Positions 25,727-36,873 of a stretch of 40,824 nucleotides of DNA are shown piece after piece. Numbering within the stretch: the first letter of the stretch is position 1; each line of letters starts with the position of its first letter. The notes under the pieces are model-generated. The model saw only the letters and a program-made list of their open reading frames with translations, made no database searches and had not been told where the DNA came from. Source of the stretch: Moniliella sp. 'wahieum' (taxonomy: Eukaryota); contig RSEE01000053.1 in NCBI GenBank assembly GCA_003971905.1, forward strand, positions 434,001-474,824. The letters run 5' to 3'. The position numbers and the translations under genes were made by a program.

Positions 25727-26195
25727 TCAAGCAAGCACCTTGATACATGTCTTACAGGGGTAGCGCGGTTGGATGGGGTGCCCCTTATACCTTAGCTCTC
25801 ACAGCGGCAGTGTAACCACGGGAGGAGTCACCCGCAGGAAGACCAAGGGAACAGAGCTAGGCACCCGTTGCACAAAAGGATTGTACGTTGGTGCTTTGCT
25901 TTGGCCTCCGCGTCGAACAAGGTGTTCATCTCCTTACACAGCGCGTGTGCCTGAGGGACGGCGGCGAGCGGATGGCAAATACGACGTAGAATAGACGTTG
26001 CGCGTCTTGTCTCCAAAGGACGAAGGGGTCAGGCTTGGATATGGATGGGCTCTTTGGAGCACCTGCGTTTGCCATCGCGATCTCAGCGCGGGTGACAGTG
26101 GCGTAGGAGCGCCCGACTCACTGCGGGTTGTTGAATGGCTCGGGCTCTACCATAGTGCCCGGAATGTCCCGCAACCCCGTCATGACCCCGTGGCC
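25727..26195 (-). mobile_element. Degenerate 3' end of a CRE-like element: RLE endonuclease region plus ~58-nt 3' UTR
   Basis: Stitched: GLRDIPGTMVEPEPF..RAEIAM..LTPSSFGDK..LCKEMNTLFDAEAKAKH..YNPFV..VPLVF..AAVRAKV* (stop 25785-25787). The order and motifs resemble recalled Cnl1-type RLE C-termini. Confidence 0.6.
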
Positions 26196-29100
26196 AGGAA
26201 ATGTGAACGCTGGATTTGAGGGCACCACCGACCCCCAGCTGGGATTGAGCGCTTCTGCTTTCTCGATCAGCCAGGAGCCGAGCGATGTAGTCACAGCAGG
26301 CAGCAGCTTCGTATGCTGGCGGGCGAGCAAAACCGTCGTCTTTTTCTTGTGCCAGGACGAGGAGTGGGATCGAATTCCTCTGGTTGGCTGCCGATCACCT
26401 GGTCCACCCATACGTTCGCCTCGCTGCCCAAGTTGATGCGTTGGCCTGTGGAGCAAAGCCAAGAGGAAAGAGCAAAAGTGATCTGCCCAAAGCGACGGGC
26501 ATCAGGATGCCAACTTGGTCCTACCATTGACCGACCACATTGCCCCGATCGTCGCCCCGGATGACTTGCCTCGTGCCATTGCTGCTCACCTACCCACGGG
26601 AGTTTGGCCCGTGCCAGATTCGTTTCTCCCCGCCTCGAGCGAAACAGATGGTGGAGGGGTTGCTGCAAGCGCGAACCGCAAAATGAACAACCCGTGGGGC
26701 AACGGAGGGATTTCAGGCAGAGGTAGCGAGCGGTTTGATCCACATTCTTGGCCTGCAGAACATCAGTCAGGTGATACTAGTCCCAATGCTGAAGCCCACG
26801 ATCTTGGCACGTTGCGTTTGCACATCTTGTACGCTGCGTTTTGGAACCTTTTCTTGCTCGGACCCTTTGCCTCGATCACGTTCTGTGACGAAATGTCCAG
26901 CCGACGCACAATCTGCCCCACTCTCCCTTGGATTTGATTCCCATCTAGGAGAGGGGGAGAAAGTCCTCTAATATGCAGCAGGATAGTAGCGCTAAGACGA
27001 GGCGGAGCCTGGAAGCATATGACTTGGCAGCTTCCAAAGAACCGCTAACATCTTCGACATAAATGAAAAGCGGGTAGCGGTTTGATCCATGTCCTTGCCC
27101 TAGTTCTCGGACACTCTTGATGGTCCATCCCCGTCTGCATACCCGTGCCTGTACGTTCGGGCCTGCACAAGCGCGTCGGTCAGTACATTATACCAGAGGA
27201 AGTGGGGGTGGGGATCGTCGTCGTACATGTAAAACAGTAAGAGAATCATGACCCCGGTATTGAGTAGGGCCGTGAAGATCATCGTTTTTGGCTTTAGTAT
27301 GAAATGCGCTGATGGTCGGCGGCAGCAAGCATGAGGCGAGGAATGCGTTCGCCGTGTGAAAGGGATTGTGGATCGTGGAGGTCTTTGCGGTCTGTGCCGG
27401 GAGTGCGTCTGAGAAGAGCTTGGACCTGCTGCTGGAACCAGGCCGGGCCCATTCCATAAGTCTTGGGTGGGGATCAATGCGCTTCCATGTTGAGGAACGC
27501 CCAGCCACTGTGGGAGATGAGCTGGGCGGAGTGTGGGGGCAGCGGAGTGTGGGGCCGCGAGTTGGGGAAGGGAGAACACAGGGAGACGCAATGGGGCCAC
27601 AGCCCTGCTACGAGCGGCGAACAAAAGGGGCGAGGTGGAGGATTCACTTTGGCACAGCTCGGGTTAGGTGGTGGTCGCCAGTCCACCTGACCAACAAGCG
27701 TGTCCAGCGAGGCAGTCACATCAATGATCAGTACCAATCGAGAGTGAGGCTCATACTATCCATCGTCTCCATCCTCTCAGAATCCAACGAGGGAATTAAG
27801 AGCAGCCGCGCCCGCCCCCCCGGGCCGGTTCTACGCACCCGTCCCGCGACACAGCAGCATCGAGCAGCATCGTCTTTGCCAGCTGTGGAGGCGTTCACTG
27901 CCGGCGCATCCGCAAGGGGCGGGAAGCGTGCCCTGCTTTTGCCAATATTCCCTGCATCTGCACCTTGCACAACTGGCTGGGGGGATATCGACGCGAGAGT
28001 TAAGGGCTACTGGAGTACGCGCACAGTGCCTCTGCAGCGGCGTCCAGCTAATGGGAAATGTCAGCAACTTGGGCTCCAGCAGAAGGGTATGAACACGTAC
28101 AGGAATCGCCACCATCGAAGTCACAGTACCCCATGGGTGGGCCGCCTCCAAGTATATTTGCATTCCACCACTGCACATCGTGTCGACCTCGGTAACGCAA
28201 CCGCCTTCTCGCAGCCAGTTCGGGTGTTGCATCGACAAGGATGGACAGCAAAAAGTGGTGCCCAGGGGCGTGCCCCCCCCCGTGAGCACGCATCCGGCTT
28301 GGCGGGTAGCGAGAGATGATGAAGCAAGGACACGAGGCATAGCAGAGTCCCAGCATGTTGGTCGTGGAGAGGCAAACCGGTCCCAAACGCAGCCAGGCTA
28401 GAATTGGCGCGGGGCTAGGCTTGGGCGGTATGGCCGCGGCCGAGGTGGAGGAACTTCTGCGCGCCAAGCGCGGCGGCAAACGCACGTTAAAATTAACCCC
28501 GCGACGGGAGCAGCTCTTTCTGCACGTCTCGCGCAAGAAGGTCGAGTGCGGTTGCTTGCGGGGCTGCTCGGCATGCGTCCGCTGCCGCCGGAGCAGCCCT
28601 GCAGACTTGCACTGCAACAGGGAGCGCTGCCGACGGCGGCAAGGCACCCGCCGTGCTGGCCAGGCACAGCTCGCTTCCACGCAGGCCTGGTGCACAGCTG
28701 CTGAAGCAGGCGCGTGGAGCGCGTCGGACACTGGTTGCGCACGTCTCTTGCGGCCCAAAGCCCAACCCGCACCTTCCGTACAACATAGGGGAGAGCAGTG
28801 CGCGCACTTGCCTTGCGAGGGCAGCTGCCCATCGTCAAGCAGAGCAGTGCTGGCACTTTCACCGCGTACGCGTCGATTCAGCCAGTTTCTTTGGGCAAGC
28901 ACTTTCGTCCCAGTTGCTGCTGGTACTGTGTTTGGTCTGTGGTTGTCAGTACCTCGCACCACAAGAGTACAATAGAGCAGGGGCAACGTACCATCACCAC
29001 AATGGGAACCAGCAAGCTTCGTCAAAACGATTGTGCACACCAAGTGTTCCAGATAAACCGCCCATATCGACAGCAGGTAATCTTATCGTTGGTAACAGCA

Positions 29101-32100
29101 GCGACCTCGCGCCACATTTGAAGGGCATGGACAAGGTGTACAGTACTGCACGCAAACAGTACCAGGGCCTCATGAAGCTGCGCCGCCGCACTGGAAGAAT
29201 AGCGGAACCAGTCCCCAACATTGCAGCCGCTACGCGGCCATTTGATGGCGAATGAGCGAATGATGCCCCTTGAGCGGTGGGGTTCAGAGGCGTCTGTGTA
29301 GTGGGATCGCTGCGATATATACCGGGCAGCCCCAAGGAATGAATGGACATGTTTGGGTCTCCCGGGATGCAGTGTCAGCAACGAATTCCCCAAGATGATG
29401 CGCCTTAGATGTGCACGTAAGGCACGAGCAAGCACGAGCAAGCACGAGCAAGACAGCTTAGATCACTTGGGACAAAAATAGTCAGACGGCCATTAAGCCA
29501 GACCAGGTTGACGGGATGGCATACCCGCCGCCTTGCTTCTCTTGGCTAGGACCTGCGGTACACATGCGCTCGCTGGGACACTGATTGTTGCGGGACAGGT
29601 GGAACGAGACAATTCGAGCGACTAACTGGGCCGCTGCTCCAACGACGGCTGTCGCGATGACAACCGCTATCTTTGCAAGCACAAGGGCATGACGCAAGAG
29701 CCGTACCAGGAGCTCGTCGTGTGGGTACCTGGCCCAGCAGGGGTTGAGGGTGGGGGGGGGGGAACGAGGAAATGTAATTGATGAGGTAGTGGCGAATGAT
29801 CAGGGAGTGGTAGACAGAAGAGCGACGCTGATATTTCGCTCCGACACGGCCCTGATTCGGGGGTGGTCGACAGCCCACCCGACCGGCGAGCGCGGCGAGC
29901 GAAGCGTCGCATCAATCATCAATATTCGATCGAGAGCGAGGTTCATTGACGCTAACCACACCGTCATCCTCTTCAGGGGTTCGAGATGCGGCGCCCTTCA
30001 TCCCCCTGCATGGCCACGACGAGCCTGGTCTCGTCCACGTGTAAGCCAGGGAACTGCGACTGGGCCGGCCTGCTCGGTCAACAAACGTACTCTCTGGCAA
30101 CAGCTAAGCCTGTCGCCGCCGACCCCCATCTTCTTTCGAAGTGCTGTGACTGTGCAGAAGGCAGCCCGCGGCGGCCGCTCGCCCCCATACCCGTTTTCTG
30201 TGTCCGGAATGGCCCAGCACAACAGAACAGCATCGAACAGCACTTGCTCGTCGTTGGCAACTTGGGGCCTTCCGTTAAGGCACAACTGCGGGGCTGTGAA
30301 GCATGCCTTGCCTTGGCTTGTGGTGCAGCGCAGATGGGCAACAGGGAAGTGGCGTATCGGCATACCCTCAATTGGTGCTTTGAACGACTGGCTGGGGGGC
30401 GTTGACGTGACGAGTTGGAGGGCTGCATGACGCGTGCGACCCGATTGCCTCCAGTGCTGGGCCTGACCAATGAGAAATGTCAGCAACTTGGGCCATAACA
30501 GAAGAATATGGACCACGTACAAGCATCGACACCGACACCAACGAAGGTGGCGTGCTGTGCCTATCCTGGCCAATCACCAGAGAAGTGTGCGCCGCGACTA
30601 GGTACATCCTGAGGGGCGATCATAGTAGCACAGCTCCTCCTTTTGTTGGTCTCACATCACCATGCTGCCCCCATTCCTCAAGCGTGAGTGAGGCCATCTC
30701 CGGATGCGCGTCTCCTTCATCGACACGTCTCAGTATGCGCTGGCCATGGTTCGACCCACGTCGTTATAATAGACCCCAAGCTCTCTTGCAAAGCGTGCCC
30801 ATTGTGTTCATTGGGAGCGCCCCCGGTCCACGTAGGCGGCGGGACCTGGCAGCCCCCCCGCTACCACCCGAAGTTGTCGCTGCTTGGCGGGGTGATGAAT
30901 CTGGTGCGGAGGCGATACCTCTGCAGATGGTGGGTAGATCATTTTCTTGTTTCCATCGGCATTCGGCTCCGGCAAGCATATTTGTACCTGTTTAGTGCGC
31001 CGGTCAGTACATCACTGCAGAGTAAGGCATGGGTGCTTTCGTACCAGAAAACACATAGTCGGTAGAGCGGTACCAGCGCCGCGCAAGACAGCGAAAAAGG
31101 ATTCGCACGTCTAGCATCCGGCGTGGCCGTAAGGCCGAAAGGAAGGCGGTGGCGCGATAGGCTTTTGCGGATGTAAACGCAACAGAAGCAGAACGACGAG
31201 ATGCCACACCCGTCACAGTGTACCTTGACGGAAGCGTAACCCCGTCTTGGTCGCAACACCGCCATGGAGGACATGAGCGATAAGAGCCCAGCCTCGTTCG
31301 TCGATGGAGGAAGCAGTGGGACGAGCAGCCTCACAGCAATGGAGGGCCCCATATCCAACCCCACGTTACCAGTGCAACTGCTGGCAAAAATACCGGATTG
31401 TCGTCATTATTAGCACCCGCGTTCCAAAGGTAAGCCCATACCCATGGCAAGAATACTCCAAAGGTTGATGTGGCAAAAACTTGGTGCTTCACGCCACTCC
31501 GACAAGCCCAAACGCACGCACAGCTACTCAGAGGCAAGGGTTCCACTTCTTCTGGGCACGCCAGTTGCCACCAAGCCAATTTGTGGCAAATGGTTGTTCT
31601 TGGGAGCCCAAGCACGGCCGATTTGGGGAGAAAACTAAAATCGATACAAGCAGATTGTCGGCGCTCCATCGGGGAGTGAGCTTGGCGCGCTGCCGGTGGC
31701 CAATGTGGAAAACAACGCAAATGGGAGGGCGGCAAATACGAGCAAATGAATCATCTGCGAGTGGTGTTGCGTTTGGTTGGGGCGCTGCTGGCTCTGAGAG
31801 GTGTGCGTGATGCATGTTGCTGACCAGCAAAGGGAAGTGGACGATCCCTACTGCTGCCCTCGTTGCCACCACACGCACAATCCAGTTGTCAGTACCTCAA
31901 GGGTGGGCCGCCTTCAGGTTGATTTGCATTCCGCCACGCATCGTGTCGACCGCGCTTTGAGCAGAAGCAGCCGAATCGGGAAGGACACGAGCCACGGTTG
32001 CACAGAAGGCCAGGTTCGTCGTACCGATGACTCGCGATGGGAGGGTGAGGGAACAGCGCGCCTTGCTCGGCCTGCTGCTGGAGTCAGTCGCCTAGGCCTT

Positions 32101-33600
32101 CGTCCCAGCCGCCGCCACAAGGCCCTCTGCCTGCATCGGGAGCTGCATGGACAAGGATGGGCAGCAAGAAGCGGAGGCAAGGGGCGCCATGAGCAACGCA
32201 TCCGTCTTGGTGTCAGCGAGAAAAGAAGAAGCTAGGACACGAGCTGCAGCAGCGGCTCCAAGTGCTGGTTGGTGGTGCACAAGCAAAACCGCCCCGACGC
32301 GACGAGATTAAATTCAGCGCGGTGCTAGGGTTGTAGGCGGTGGCCGCAGCCAATGTGGATGAATTGCAACAGCGTGGGCGCGCCAACCGACGCGGCGGCC
32401 ACACGCGACGACGCAACGCTCGCCGCGAGACCGACGGCCCAGCGCTGTGCCGAGAGGGGCACCCGCACCCATATCGGCACCACACTCCCGCCACTGGCGC
32501 TTCGCCGCGCGCGGCTTTCCGGCCCACGTACCCGCTCCTTGGCTGGCCCGTCCTTACCTGGCCACGAACCAACCTAAGCTGCCGATTCTTGGGGACAGCA
32601 GTAGGCGTTTGCCACGCTCGGCAGCAAAGCGAACCACGCAAGCGGCGCCTTGTCTACCGACCCGCCCATCCGACACGCAGCGCGCCTTTTGGTGTGCATC
32701 CTGCCTCCCCTCGCGTCTCGTCCCCCCCTCACGCCTCCACCGCCGTCGTCCCCGTTGTCCCCGCCGCAGCAGCCATTGGGCTACCCCCTTGGCCGTTGTC
32801 CCGCCCAGCACCATGCTCTGCAGCTGCTTCGCGTCGAGGCCATGTCCATGGCGTTGCCCTGCGAGCTGCTCCTCGGACTCCGAGGGCGCCGAGCGCCGAG
32901 GCGGTCGATTGTTGTTGTTCGTCGGGGTGCTCGCTGTGTGTCGCCTAACATCTCTCGTTGCGGCCAAGAAAAACTACCAACCTAGTCTCTCCCTTTCGCA
33001 CGAGCAGCAGCCGCTCCAGACCCGCACTGCAGCCGGAAGCGCTGCAGACGGCGTTAAAGGCGTCCGCCATGTTGCCCAGAAGCAGCTGGCTATCCCGTAG
33101 GGGCAGCGCCCGGCCGCTAAAAGACCCGGATGCAGGTCCGACACCCCCTTCGCACGTCCCTGCCCGGCCAAATGGCAATGAGGATCGTCCGAGTAGACCC
33201 CACCGAAGGGGGAGTGGAGCGGGTACTTTTTTGCCAGTGCAGCTGCCCATCGTCAAGTGGGGCAGTGCGTCCATGGCCACCGCGTACCCTCGTATGCCTG
33301 GAAAAGGGGTATTGATCCAGGCAGGTTCCTCGTTGCTTGAGTACGCGCGTCCCAGTTGCTTATGGTGCGGTGTTTGATCTGCTTTGGTTGTTAGTAACTT
33401 GGACTGTACAAGAGAATGTAGGTAACGTACCGCCATCACAACCTGGGCCAGCAGGGCAGCGACAGTCATAAACCGAACACCAGTGCCGATGGCAGCCTTG
33501 CCACGCCCTGATATCCCGTCAAGAGGAACATTCGTAGCTGGAGCAAGGTAGAAGAGCGGCAAGGGATGAACCACTGAGGTGCTCGTCAACACTGAACCAT
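26196..33600 (-). repeat. Two further mosaic copies of the unidentified repeat family (28120-29010 resembles 31890-33450; other blocks as above)
   Basis: Shared anchors gggtgggccgcct..atttgcattcc..catcgtgtcgacc, gacaaggatgg, gcagctgcccatcgtcaag, cgtcccagttgct; plus the matches to blocks X and Z listed above. Confidence 0.75.
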
Positions 33601-33639
33601 GCATAGTGGTCCAGTCAAAGGAGGCAACTCTATCATTCA

Positions 33640-35137
33640 AGGGGCTGCTCCTTCGCGGGGTGGGCAGCGCCTTCCATGGCAACAACTTGGCGGTCCAGTC
33701 CTCGGCATCTTGCGAAGCTTGGTCAAACTGTTAACGCAAAGTGAATCCAGTAAGTATATCATCCCCTCCGGTTCTTTCTCTAGTGGGGCTGCGCCACGAC
33801 CCTGAAAAGACCATGATCGTATACGTACGTTCTTGGCCGCCAGATACGCCAGTTGGTCCTCCGTATCATTCCAGTTGTTGTAACACGTTGTGGTCCCCGC
33901 CCCCCCGTGGTGTGCTGACCAAGACGGGTTGAGGTACAACATTGAGATCAACAGTGTATCGGGTAAAGAGCGTGCATCATCTTGCGCAGTTGTGAGAGTT
34001 GGGATGGTGCCTCATCTGCTCATGAGACATGTGCGGGTTAGCACCTCTTCCTCCTCGCGCTCTCTCTCTCTCTTTCACCCCTTTCGTCGCACCTGTTACC
34101 GCGGCGGGGTGCCAGAAGGAAGAAGAGCATCAACGGATGGACGTCATCGAACGTACCGATACAGTCGAGCCAGGACAGCCACTGTGGCACAGATTGTGGT
34201 TTTGATCGTGCTTCTTGAGATCATCCAAAGTCGCCAGGGCTGGGGAGAGCCGTTCGTCCAACCACTGCCGATTCGGGGCATAGTCATCGGCACTCAGTTG
34301 CGTCCTTCCAGACAGAGCTGGGCCAGGGCGGTATGAGGGCCGATGGGGACTCATAAAAGGGCTGCAGCGGCTACTTGCCACCACTTTCATGCCAGAGTCG
34401 CTCCTACGCAGTGGCAAACCGTTTCTTGGCGGGTTGCAGATAGATAGGCCGGCGAGAGACAGTAGCGAGACAATAACATCGAGGGTCGCGTTGGTCGGCG
34501 CCTATTGATACTGACTCGTATGTGATGTTCCACAAGGGCATCCCCGCTAGCATGGTGCCCCAGGCGACGTTGGTTAACATGGCACTGTTGTATCCCCTTT
34601 GACCCGGATCACTTGACGCGACCGGGTTTCCCAGTCAGGCTCGTCAGTTCCCCCCAGGATAGGCAGTGGGTTGTCGAGCAGGGCGGGGACCATGATGTGG
34701 TAGTGGTCACGAGGGAAGAATCCGCTATAGTAAGAGAGAGAGGAAAACACGTCAGGATCGACACGTTTGCGGTGGTGTGAGGCAAGGGCGTTTTAAGGGG
34801 ATACGCCAGAGTCGGCACGTACTGGGCAAACAGGATGGCCGAAAGGCCCACCTTAAGAACGACAAATGGCATATGCCCGGTGCGTGGAGCCGTATGCTGG
34901 GCCTGGGGGGGGGGAGGGCAACGCAGAGTAGACGCGGGTGGTGAGCAGAATAGAAGCAGGAGGGAGGCGGGATGTGCATGCAGACGTATGTCCAACGCTG
35001 CAACAACGCACCTGCTTAGTAGTGGCGTTTACTGTGGTGGCAGTGTTGGTGGACGTGACGAGCTTGGTGGAGGAGCGACGTGTGAGAGCGTGTGTGGCGA
35101 TGGCTAGCATGGTGCCCCAGGCGACGTTGGTGAACAT
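33640..35137 (-). pseudogene. Spliced host-type gene remnant; its distal part may be a 2OG-Fe(II) oxygenase (PHD/SM-20-like)
   Basis: ATG at 35137 (MFTNVAWGTMLA). Introns 34903-35011 (GTGCGT..GCTCAC..CAG), 34725-34851 (GTGGGC..CTGAC..TAG) and about 34016-34092 (GTGCGA..GCTAAC..CAG); the 51-nt exon between the first two is in phase. Motifs WLDERLSPALATLDDL and ISMLYLNPSWSAHHGG are present, but no intact HxD was seen. Confidence 0.35.
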
Positions 35138-35146
35138 GGCACTGTT
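34546..35146. repeat. 44-bp direct repeat (34546-34589 and 35103-35146, one mismatch)
   Basis: gctagcatggtgccccaggcgacgttggt(t/g)aacatggcactgtt occurs twice, separated by 513 bp. Confidence 0.9.
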
Positions 35147-35248
35147 TTCTTTGCACTGGGAAGGAGCTTCGCCAGGGGCTAGACGGGGGGGGGGGTAGAC
35201 CAGAGGCCGCCTCGAGCACGCCCTCGCCCCGAGCTGCCCCCCTCGCCC

Positions 35249-35866
35249 TCATTGTCGGCCTCCTCGCCCTCCGATCCACCCCCCTCGCTTCCCACACCCG
35301 TTCCCTCCTTCCTTGCCCGACTCCAGCCCATCGCCGGATCCACCAGGCAAGGGGACCAAGGCCGCCTCGGCAACGACAGCCCTGCGCGCAAAGACAGCGT
35401 TGAGCGCTGCCCTCCGCGTCGACCGGCGCACCGGCCCCATTGACGTCCCACGACCACGATCGTCCCTGTCGCGGGCCTCGCTGGCGTCTTGACCGCCGCC
35501 AAAAGACTCCCCCTCCGACTCGGAGGGGGTAGTAAACACGACCACGTTCATTTCCAGATGAACCACGCGCGCTTGTCCGGGACGCATCCAACGCAGCAGC
35601 CGCTGCTGCCACTCCGATTCGCTCCGGCCCGTTCGCCACGACGTCTTCTGCGCTGCACTCGACTTGCTCAGGGGTACCCCTTTCTTGCGAGCAATCGCCC
35701 TGATCTATGCATCAATCAGGTCTTGGCATTGGCCGCGTCGGTGGCCGGGGATGCGGCACAGGCCGCACTTCTTGCCCCCAGTCGCCGCTTGTTGGCAGAC
35801 CGCTGCCGTATGCCCAAAGCGGGAGGACCGCTCGCATTGTCGAGGGCGCATCGTCGTCGTACAAAC
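35249..35866 (-). mobile_element. 5' end of a retroelement: ORF with two CCHC zinc knuckles, directly after a 28S fragment
   Basis: ATG 35851: MRPRQCERSSRFGHTAAVC (degenerate knuckle) then CGLCRIPGHRRGQC (canonical CX2CX4HX4C). There is one in-frame TAG at 35705-35707, after which the same frame stays open to 35249. Confidence 0.65.
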
Positions 35867-35936
35867 CTTCGTGCCCCGCCGTATTAGCCTAGCCCAATCC
35901 CTAGGCTGTGGTTTCGCAACGTAGTAGATAGGGACA
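35867..35936 (-). pseudogene. 70-nt 28S rRNA fragment (putative retrotransposon target-site duplication)
   Basis: 35898-35936 is identical over 39 nt to 28S 38412-38450; the whole 70 nt aligns to 38382-38450 with 6 mismatches and 1 gap. Confidence 0.95.
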
Positions 35937-36310
35937 AGTGCATCCCGCAAGGCATATCATATCTTCACATTGGACAGTTAGCGATGAGCAAGCGAAGCAA
36001 TAGTGGTGACTTACTAGTTACTCCAAGCAGGGTATGCGTTCAGCTGATGAGTAAGCTGGCGTTCCGTATGTCGTTGCGCTCCTCAGCTTACGCGCTTCGC
36101 CCGCACACAAATGGCAATTGGAAGGGGAAGACTGTGTTGTGGGAGGGGGCGAATGGCCCAGGGAAATGAGCACCGGATGGGACGGATCGAACGTGGCTCT
36201 GCGCGCCCGATGCCGTGCATGGCCCGGCATTGGTCACGTCGCGGAGCTCATCCGACAGAGTTAACACGCATGCTGAAGGCGGTGGTCAGGGCGATGCTTT
36301 GGCATACGTG
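35937..36310 (-). mobile_element. Degenerate 3' end of a CRE-like element: RLE C-terminus plus ~146-nt 3' UTR
   Basis: Stitched: LSDELRDVTNA..ARHRARRATFDPSHPVLISLG..IAICVRAKRVS* (stop 36083-36085). HPVLISLG resembles the RLE F.P++S.GG motif, and the VRAK ending is shared with the copy at 25727-26195. Confidence 0.5.
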
Positions 36311-36867
36311 TGGTGGGGGTGGGGTGGTGGTGAGAGGATGGGGGGCAGGCCCGAAAACCAGCACAGTTCACTGGCAAACGGGGCACTAGGGTTGCGACTC
36401 CGCAGCAACAGAATGAACTAGGGTTAATTATAATTCCAAGCCGCGCTTCGAGGGTGTACACGCTATAAGGTGAACAGTACCGAGGGAAGCACGATGCTGC
36501 ACCCGGACGCAAAACTGTATATATACGGGCTCTATAGGTTACAGAGGGGGGGCGGTGGGCAGGGCAGCGACTATATACGTGCTCTATAGGGGGAAGCATG
36601 CGGGGGAAGTGCTGTAGCTCCTAAACCGTTGGAGGTACGGCCAAGTGGTATTAGAACGAAGTGGAGAGGGGGGTGGAAGGATGTGGGCGGCGTGGGGGCG
36701 CGGGGGAAGAGTTGTGGGCATGGGCGGGGGTTCAAGATGGGGGGTAGAATGGGGTGTAGCGCCGCAACGGTGGCCGATGGGGGGGGTGTATTAGAACGGG
36801 GGGCCCTGCCGATGGGGGTGGGTGTGCAAAAGGAGGCGGGAGGGGGGCACGTACCAAGAGGGGGGGC
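36311..36867. other. rDNA intergenic spacer IGS2 (truncated at the array edge)
   Basis: G-rich non-coding sequence downstream of 5S in rDNA orientation; no 18S follows. The left boundary is approximate. Confidence 0.6.
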
Positions 36868-36873
36868 AAAAAG
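36868..36873 (-). terminator. RNA polymerase III terminator (oligo-T) of the 5S gene
   Basis: CTTTTT directly follows the 5S 3' end on the minus strand. Confidence 0.75.

Noticed and set aside
33400..33600. LLAQVVMAVRYLHS resembles protein kinase subdomain VIa
   Set aside because: No HRD, DFG or glycine-rich loop was found nearby in the frames examined.
35102..35146. GGCTAGCATGGTGCCCCAG resembles the 5' end of the HDV ribozyme
   Set aside because: There is no complementary P1 3' strand, no L3 pyrimidine loop and no CNRA; the repeat is better explained as a duplicated gene start.
35867..35936. Plus-strand antisense-to-28S segment as a snoRNA guide
   Set aside because: It is too long for a guide, lacks properly placed C/D or H/ACA boxes, and its position between element ends explains it better.
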